DNA from: Oscillospiraceae bacterium
Lineage (GTDB): Bacteria > Bacillota > Clostridia > Oscillospirales > CAG-272
NCBI GenBank assembly: GCA_015064855.1
Contig: SVRK01000002.1
Span: forward strand, 117,256 to 181,255
Direction: 5' to 3'
DNA: 64,000 nt
Shown here: in pieces, positions 57,928 to 64,000 of the stretch
Layout: the number at the start of each line of letters is the position of its first letter
Numbering within the stretch: position 1 is the first letter of the stretch
Notes under the pieces: model-generated
Databases searched by the model: none
Seen by the model: only the letters and a program-made list of their open reading frames with translations
What the model was told of the DNA's origin: nothing
Program-made: the position numbers and the translations under genes

Positions 57928-58635
57928 ATGAAACTATATTTAAAGGGCCTTAAGGCTGGAATTCCTATTGGGCTTGGGTATCTTTCGGTATCGTTTACCT
58001 TTGGAATTATGGCTATTTCTCTGGGCTTTTCTTGGTGGCAGGCGGTTATTATTTCTGCTTTTACCTTGACCTCGGCGGGTCAGCTTGCTGCGATTCAGGT
58101 TATGGTTAACCCAGGGCAATATTTTACAATGCTGATTTCTCAGATTACTATAAATATGCGCTATTCCTTTATGTCGGTGTCGCTTTCTCAAAAGGTGTCA
58201 AAGCGTTTTTCTGGTATTAAAAGATGGCTACTCGGCTTTTTTATGACTGACGAGATTTTTGCTGTGGCATCAACTGAGGATAAGGTTGAACCCGTGTTTT
58301 TCCTAGGGCTTTCCACCTTGCCTTGGATTGGTTGGACTCTTGGCACACTGCTTGGCGCACTTATTGGTAACATTTTACCACCTATTATTATGGCATCACT
58401 ATGTATTGCAATTTATGGTATGTTTTTAGCGATAATTATTCCACCTGCTAAAAAATCCAAGCCTATTCTTATCGTTATTATAGTGGCTGCGCTTTTACAC
58501 TGTGCGTTTTATTATTTGCCACTTTTGCGCGAAATTCCCTCTGGCATTTCAATAAGCGTATGTGCGATTTTAGCCGCTGTTTCAGGCGCAATTTTCTTCC
58601 CTATCAAAGATAAGGAGGATGCCGACAATGCCTAA
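57928..58635 (+). CDS. azlC: AzlC-family branched-chain amino acid exporter
   Basis: PIGLGY..VSFTFG, SAGQ, INMRY, MTDE.FA. Confidence 0.9.
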   Translation: MKLYLKGLKAGIPIGLGYLSVSFTFGIMAISLGFSWWQAVIISAFTLTSAGQLAAIQVMVNPGQYFTMLISQITINMRYSFMSVSLSQKVSKRFSGIKRWLLGFFMTDEIFAVASTEDKVEPVFFLGLSTLPWIGWTLGTLLGALIGNILPPIIMASLCIAIYGMFLAIIIPPAKKSKPILIVIIVAALLHCAFYYLPLLREIPSGISISVCAILAAVSGAIFFPIKDKEDADNA

Positions 58636-58939
58636 TTTTTGGATTTATTTGCTTATTCTTTCCGGCTCTACATATTTAATCAGAGCTATACCGTTTGCGT
58701 GTGTTAAAAAGACTATTGAAAACCGCTTTATAAGGTCATTTTTGTACTACATTCCTTATGCAGTTTTATCAGCAATGACCTTCCCCGCTGTTATTTATTC
58801 AACGGGAAATATAGCATCGGGCTTTGTTGGACTTTTGGTTGGCGGTGCGCTTGCGTTTATGAACAAGAGCCTTACAGTTGTTGCAATCGCCGCCTCACTC
58901 GGCGCACTTGTTACTGAACTAATTATTATGATAATTTAA
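58628..58939 (+). CDS. azlD: AzlD-family membrane protein
   Basis: TYLIRAIPF, FLYYIPYAVLSAM; overlaps azlC. Confidence 0.88.
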   Translation: MPNFWIYLLILSGSTYLIRAIPFACVKKTIENRFIRSFLYYIPYAVLSAMTFPAVIYSTGNIASGFVGLLVGGALAFMNKSLTVVAIAASLGALVTELIIMII

Positions 58940-58969
58940 AAAAGAGGCTTTTGCCTCTTTTTTAATATA

Positions 58970-59150
58970 AAATCCCTCCGTCACGTCAAAGACGCGCCAC
59001 CTCCCTTTACAAAGGAGGCGTTAATAAGCTACTTTATGCTTTGTGTTTTTGACAAATACTATAAAAACAAAATAGTGTTTAGTAAAGCCTTGCGCCACCC
59101 AGCCTCCTTTGTAAAGGGAGGTGGGTTGCGATAGCAACTCGGAGGGATTT
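58970..59150. repeat. REPIN/MITE-like inverted-repeat element
   Basis: Arms aaatccctccg-[hairpin]-ccacctccctttacaaaggaggc (58970-59029) and its reverse complement (59102-59150). Confidence 0.75.
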
Positions 59151-59173
59151 GTTTATGTTATTGATTTATATTA

Positions 59174-59201
59174 GAAAAAGCCTTGCACTTGCAAGGCTTT
59201 T
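59174..59201. terminator. Terminator hairpin, copy A of a 28-bp direct repeat
   Basis: gaaaaagccttgcacttgcaaggctttt; identical at 63164-63191. Confidence 0.8.
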
Positions 59202-59209
59202 CTTTTATA

Positions 59210-59716
59210 TTAATTGGAAATCAAGGGAAGTAGCACTTCTTTAGCTTGCCAAATATCAAGGCTATATGCCGTTTCTTTGAATTTGCTCCAGTCGGTTGCG
59301 TTGGTAAGGTGCGCTTTTTTTATAAAGGCTGCGCCCTTTTGGGTTAACAATTCAACACCATTTCCTTTTGTTCGCACAGCGCAAAATCCTATATCGCATC
59401 CTGTTTTTTCAAACCAAGCTACAGCCTCACTAACCTCTTTTTCGGAATCTCCCGCCGAGGCAACAGTAATTATCTTGCCGTTTATTTTCACGGAATAGTT
59501 GATATTTTCAACGTAGCTGTTTTCTTCAAATTTGCTTTCTTTAAATATTTGAGCTTTTATTTTGTCAAGCGCCTGCTTTTTGTCACAAATTCCAACACTC
59601 TTTTCCCTAACCTCTTCAATTTTATCAAAATACTTTTCTAAAATTTCCAAGAAAAGAAGCTTTAAGGTAATAGATTTTCCCGTGTTTGAAACACCTTGTA
59701 ATGCATAAATTTCCAT
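59210..59716 (-). CDS. Small P-loop NTPase-like protein
   Basis: LQGVSNTGKSITL Walker A; SAGD motif. Confidence 0.6.
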   Translation of the reverse strand: MEIYALQGVSNTGKSITLKLLFLEILEKYFDKIEEVREKSVGICDKKQALDKIKAQIFKESKFEENSYVENINYSVKINGKIITVASAGDSEKEVSEAVAWFEKTGCDIGFCAVRTKGNGVELLTQKGAAFIKKAHLTNATDWSKFKETAYSLDIWQAKEVLLPLISN

Positions 59717-59718
59717 AA

Positions 59719-62700
59719 TTATGCTCTCTTCCAATTATAACTACAATACTCAGACGTTAAATAATTTGCTGCACGGTACGTAAGTGCAAGTTCAAATGAA
59801 TGAATATTTATTTTTGTTGTGCCTGAATACACATTCCAATCGCTTTCATTCTCAAACGTTACACTTGTAAGCGAAGAGCAACCAAAAAACGCAGAGCTTC
59901 CTATAGAAGCAACACTATCGCCAATTGTTACACTTGTAAGCGAAGTGCAATTATAGAACGCAGAGCTTCCTATAGAAGCAACACTATCGCCAATTGTTAC
60001 ACTTGTAAGCGAAGTGCAATTATAGAACGCATAATCTTTTATTTTAGTTACTGTATTGGGTATTACAAGCTCGGTTACTAAATCTTCATTTATATATAGG
60101 TTTTTTGTATAATATAATGGATTTGAAGAGATATTGACAAATGATATATTACACCAGCTTGCTATATCACTTATATGCACTTCTTTGAGCGAAGAGCAAC
60201 CATTGAACGCATATTCACCTATAGAAGTAACTCTATCGGGTATTGTTATCTTCTCGAGCGAAGAGCAACCAGAGAACGCATATCTTCCTATAGAAGCAAC
60301 ACTATCGGGTATTGTTATACTTATAAGCGATGTGCAATTATAGAACGCATAGCTTCCTATAGAAGCAACACTATCGGGTATTGTTATACCTGTTAGTGAA
60401 GAGCAATTATAAAATGTATAATTAGGAATAGTTGTTATTCCTCCAGAGAGAATCAAGTCTCCTTGCGGTCTTTCTCCATTAAGATACAAATTCTTTGCAT
60501 AATATAATGGATTTGAATAAGAATCCTCAAACAATATATTACACCATTGATCAATACTACCAAGATAGTTAACGCTTGTAAGCGAAGAGCAACCATCAAA
60601 CGCTTCTTTTCCTATAGATGTTACGCTGTATCCAATTGTTACACTTGTAAGTGAGGTGCAACCAGAAAACGCATTATGGCCTATAAACGTTACCCCGTTG
60701 CCAATAGTTACACTTTTAAGAGAAGTGCAACCATCAAACGCTTCTTTTCCTATAGATGTTACACTATCTGGTATTACTATACTTCTAAGAGAGGTACAAC
60801 CAGAAAACGCTTTATAACTTCCTATAGACGTTACACTATCTGGTATTACTATACTTCTAAGAGAGGTACAACCATCAAATGCACACCCATTGATTTGGGT
60901 AACCGGAAGACTCTTGTACCTTGATGGAATAACAATTTCTGTTATAGATGTTGACGCAGAGCTTACGCTATATGATTGATTGTCGGGATTCAAAGTAAAT
61001 TCAATTCGTGAATCTTTATATACTCCACATGAGGTACAAAGCCATTCCTCGTCATAATCGTGTGCGGTTATTGGCATTGTCCCATTTTCTGAGTATTTAC
61101 ATACAGTGCAAGAACGGGTTTTCGTGCCACTGCTTGTGCAGGTAGGAGCAATTATAGTTTTCCACTCACCAAAGGTATGCTCTGTTTTTCCAACAATCTC
61201 GCTTGTATGTCCACAGGTTGAAGCGTGCCAATGATAAGCTCCGTCGCTCGTCCATTCATCAGAAAATGTATGAGGCAATTTTGCAACTTCGCGTGTTTCA
61301 AGCGTTTTGTTGCAAGCAGTGCAGAGCCTTGACTCTGTTCCTACACTACCACAGGTTGGCGCTAATGTAAGATTCCAATCGCCTATATTATGAGTATATG
61401 AAATATTAGTGAAGTTTTTAAGCTTATCTCCACCATTCCACCTGCAATCAAGAATATTGAGCTTCAAGGATTCAGGTACTAAATACGCTTTAAAGGTTGC
61501 TTTACTTGCGTGATTCCAAGTATAGCCCTTATATCCTAGCATAATATACTCAGATACATCTCCATATGAGCCTTGATAAAGCGCAGGGATTTCTCCGTTT
61601 ACATAAACCCATCTGTTTACATAAACCCATTTTGTGCCTGCGGCAGGAGTTTCAAACGTCGTTCCATTTACTGTGTGACCCTCACCATCTGTAAAAATCA
61701 TATCATTATAGTCATTACAAACGAAGCTGATAGTATCAAAAAGCTTACCAATGGCAATGTCCAGCTTATAAGCTGTAAGGCTTTCAAGAGCTGTCATATC
61801 CTTTAATGACTTTTCCTCGCTACATACTACGTCTTTACCAAAAGTAAGGTGCTTTACATTTGAGCATCCGCTAAAGGTTCCCGTCTTAATTACACCACCA
61901 TTTATAATAAGTGTTTCAAGACTGGATGTATAAGAAAGAATACCGTCTCCAAACGACACTACATTATTAGGAAACTCAATATTGGTTAAAGACGTGCAAT
62001 ATGAAAAGGCGTTTTCCCCTATTATCATACAGCTTGGAATTTCTATGCTTTTAAGCGAAGCACAGTATGAGAACGCTCCCTTGTTTATCTCCTTTATTGT
62101 ATCAGGTAAAACTATATTTTCAATATCATAATTTTTATAAAAGCCATTGTTACCCGCCTCGCTACCTATAGCGATAACATTTTTTCCATTATATGTTGAG
62201 GGCACTACCACGCTTGTGTCTGTGCCTGTATACCCAATTACTGCATAACCATTTCCATATTTTTCAAAAACAAAATCTGTTGTTGGCTCGGGCTCGGGCT
62301 CTGTTTCTGTCTCGGTCTCTGTTTCGGTCTCTGTTTCGGTCTCTGTTTCAGTTTCGGTCTCTGTTTCGGACTCAACCTCGGTTTCTGTGTCGGTTTCTGT
62401 TTCACTTTCGGTATCAGACTCAACCTCAGCTTCTGTGTTTGTGTCAGTGCCTGTATCGGTATCGGACTCTGTGTCTGTTGTTGTATCGGTTTCGGTATCC
62501 GATTCAGTATCTATCATTGTGTCGCTGCTTGTGTCACTCTCGGTATCATTTTCGCTTTCCCAAACTGCAACAAATATAGTGTCTCCCTTTAAAAAATATG
62601 GGAATGATATCTCTTTGCCGTCAACACTCCAATAAAGGAAGGTTGCGCCATCCTTGGTTGGTGTGGGCAAGCCATCGACAGGCTCTTCAATTTCCCAATC

Positions 62701-62874
62701 AAATTCGCTAGCTGCCAAAAACATATTTCCGCCGTTTAATTTTAGAGTAACGTATACGGTTTCTGGTTTTCCAGTATCTGTATTTGTATTGTCTTTTACG
62801 TTTGCCACGCAGGATGCAAGCACGATAATAGATATTAACACTAACAATATTGAAATGATTATTTTTCTTTTCAT
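59719..62874 (-). CDS. BspA-type leucine-rich-repeat lipoprotein with T/E-rich linker and Cys-rich repeats
   Basis: Lipobox VLASC; B-repeat-like domain; (ET)n stretch; many IPDSV.SIG..AF..C.SL 23-aa repeats; W....PTC...G..C modules. Confidence 0.9.
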   Translation of the reverse strand: MKRKIIISILLVLISIIVLASCVANVKDNTNTDTGKPETVYVTLKLNGGNMFLAASEFDWEIEEPVDGLPTPTKDGATFLYWSVDGKEISFPYFLKGDTIFVAVWESENDTESDTSSDTMIDTESDTETDTTTDTESDTDTGTDTNTEAEVESDTESETETDTETEVESETETETETETETETETETETETEPEPEPTTDFVFEKYGNGYAVIGYTGTDTSVVVPSTYNGKNVIAIGSEAGNNGFYKNYDIENIVLPDTIKEINKGAFSYCASLKSIEIPSCMIIGENAFSYCTSLTNIEFPNNVVSFGDGILSYTSSLETLIINGGVIKTGTFSGCSNVKHLTFGKDVVCSEEKSLKDMTALESLTAYKLDIAIGKLFDTISFVCNDYNDMIFTDGEGHTVNGTTFETPAAGTKWVYVNRWVYVNGEIPALYQGSYGDVSEYIMLGYKGYTWNHASKATFKAYLVPESLKLNILDCRWNGGDKLKNFTNISYTHNIGDWNLTLAPTCGSVGTESRLCTACNKTLETREVAKLPHTFSDEWTSDGAYHWHASTCGHTSEIVGKTEHTFGEWKTIIAPTCTSSGTKTRSCTVCKYSENGTMPITAHDYDEEWLCTSCGVYKDSRIEFTLNPDNQSYSVSSASTSITEIVIPSRYKSLPVTQINGCAFDGCTSLRSIVIPDSVTSIGSYKAFSGCTSLRSIVIPDSVTSIGKEAFDGCTSLKSVTIGNGVTFIGHNAFSGCTSLTSVTIGYSVTSIGKEAFDGCSSLTSVNYLGSIDQWCNILFEDSYSNPLYYAKNLYLNGERPQGDLILSGGITTIPNYTFYNCSSLTGITIPDSVASIGSYAFYNCTSLISITIPDSVASIGRYAFSGCSSLEKITIPDRVTSIGEYAFNGCSSLKEVHISDIASWCNISFVNISSNPLYYTKNLYINEDLVTELVIPNTVTKIKDYAFYNCTSLTSVTIGDSVASIGSSAFYNCTSLTSVTIGDSVASIGSSAFFGCSSLTSVTFENESDWNVYSGTTKINIHSFELALTYRAANYLTSEYCSYNWKRA
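62288..62410. repeat. Low-complexity 6/12-bp tandem repeat encoding (ET)n/(EP)n
   Basis: (gtttcggtctct)n-like array. Confidence 0.8.
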
Positions 62875-62958
62875 ATTCTCTCCTATATACCAAATTGGGA
62901 TATTTCACATTATACCATAATGGTATAATATTGTCAAGAATAAATATTGGAGTGAAAT

Positions 62959-63165
62959 ATGAGACTCAAATTGTTACGAAAGCAACGTGGCATTTCTCAG
63001 TTGAAGCTTGCTATGGATTTAAATATGAACCAAAATAGTATAAGCCGTTATGAAAACGAGGAAAGACAAGCTGATTATCAAACACTTATTTTATTTGCCG
63101 ACTACTTTGATGTTTCTATTGACTATTTGCTCGGTCGTACTGACAATCCTAAAATAAACAAATGA
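62959..63165 (+). CDS. XRE-family HTH regulator
   Basis: SQ..LA..L...Q..ISRYE...R......L...ADYF.VSIDYLLGRTD. Confidence 0.92.
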   Translation: MRLKLLRKQRGISQLKLAMDLNMNQNSISRYENEERQADYQTLILFADYFDVSIDYLLGRTDNPKINK

Positions 63166-63191
63166 AAAAGCCTTGCACTTGCAAGGCTTTT
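63164..63191. terminator. Bidirectional terminator, copy B of the 28-bp direct repeat
   Basis: Same hairpin as 59174-59201; between the XRE gene and icd. Confidence 0.8.
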
Positions 63192-63194
63192 TTG

Positions 63195-64000
63195 TTATGC
63201 TAATTTCTTTTCAAGACGGCTTCTGATTTCTTTGATAAATGTAATTGTATTAACAGCGGTTGCGTTAAATCCGGGCTCTACCAAGCCGACTAAGTCCTTT
63301 GTCATAATACCGTCGTTTAGTGTGTCTATGCAAGCTTCCTCAAGCTTGTTTGCAAAGTCAACGAGGTCGGAAAGACCATCGAGCTCGCCTCTTTTACGAA
63401 GTGCGCCACTCCACGCATAGATTGTTGCCATTGGGTTAGTTGAGGTATCCTCGCCCTTTAAGTAGCGATAGTAGTGTCTTGTAACTGTGCCGTGTGCCGC
63501 CTCGTATTCAAATTTTCCGTCTGGGGAAACGAGCACGGATGTCATCATAGCGAGTGAGCCGAATGCAGTTGAAACCATATCGGACATAACGTCGCCATCG
63601 TAGTTCTTACAAGCCCAAATATAGCCACCCTCGGAGCGAATAACTCTTGCTACTGCATCATCGATAAGCGTATAGAAGTAGGTAATTCCAAGCTCCTCGA
63701 ACTTAGCCTTATAGCACTCGTCATAAATCTCTTGGAAAATGAGCTTAAAGGTTTGGTCGTATTGCTTTGAGATTGTGTCCTTGGTTGAGAACCAAAGGTC
63801 TTGCTTTGTGTTTATTGCGTAGTTAAAGCATGAATGAGCAAAGGAACGAATTGATGAGTCCTTGTTGTATTGTCCTTGCAAAACGCCTGGGCACTCAAAA
63901 TCATAGATAGTCTGACGGAACTTTTCGTTACCCTGTTTATCGGTAAACACAAGCTCTGCCTTGCCCTCCTCGGTTGGTCTATATTCTGTCGCCTTATATA
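63195..64000 (-). CDS. icd: NADP-dependent isocitrate dehydrogenase (partial, 5' end outside window)
   Basis: [45 protein letters not shown]; the frame stays open to the window end. Confidence 0.96.
   Translation of the reverse strand, partial: YKATEYRPTEEGKAELVFTDKQGNEKFRQTIYDFECPGVLQGQYNKDSSIRSFAHSCFNYAINTKQDLWFSTKDTISKQYDQTFKLIFQEIYDECYKAKFEELGITYFYTLIDDAVARVIRSEGGYIWACKNYDGDVMSDMVSTAFGSLAMMTSVLVSPDGKFEYEAAHGTVTRHYYRYLKGEDTSTNPMATIYAWSGALRKRGELDGLSDLVDFANKLEEACIDTLNDGIMTKDLVGLVEPGFNATAVNTITFIKEIRSRLEKKLA

Noticed and set aside
59044-59069. 13-bp match (TGTTTTTGACAAA) to the transposon right end inside the REPIN-like spacer
   Set aside because: Short, AT-rich, with no TSD or partner end; probably chance.

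Overview
AT-rich DNA that looks like an uncultured gut or rumen Clostridia (Bacillota) chromosome. Left to right: a partial acidic coiled-coil membrane protein and an M20 amidohydrolase; a ~21-kb minus-strand Wzx/Wzy polysaccharide operon (six GT-like genes, wzy, wzx, GNAT, two ATP-grasp enzymes, an orphan TRAP-type permease, rmlC/vioA/rmlA/rmlB, bifunctional fucokinase fkp, a nucleotidyltransferase); a cyclophilin-like protein that appears catalytically degenerate; the SCIFF ranthipeptide pair scfA/scfB and a PLP decarboxylase; REP-like palindromes; a three-gene SPFH / membrane / TIR operon whose TIR protein carries two ribosomal-L7/L12-like domains; ddh; an LRR surface protein with an AraC regulator; pflB/pflA; and a GMP synthase lacking its glutaminase domain. 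Immediately after guaA is a 14.6-kb Tn7-like element (43099-57735, tnsA-like/B/C/D, 5-bp TSD GCATT). Its two ends are the same 213-bp TGT...ACA unit in direct orientation (LTR-like, or a cointegrate/pseudo-compound structure). Its cargo includes a serine resolvase, two SAM-I/IV-like riboswitches in front of unknown genes, and SLOG, J-domain, HNH, Rep-like and HU proteins. The window ends with azlCD, a REPIN-like inverted repeat, a BspA-type LRR lipoprotein cassette bounded by a 28-bp direct repeat, and partial icd. No tRNA, rRNA or CRISPR array was found. All family calls come from motif recognition by eye; no database search was run.
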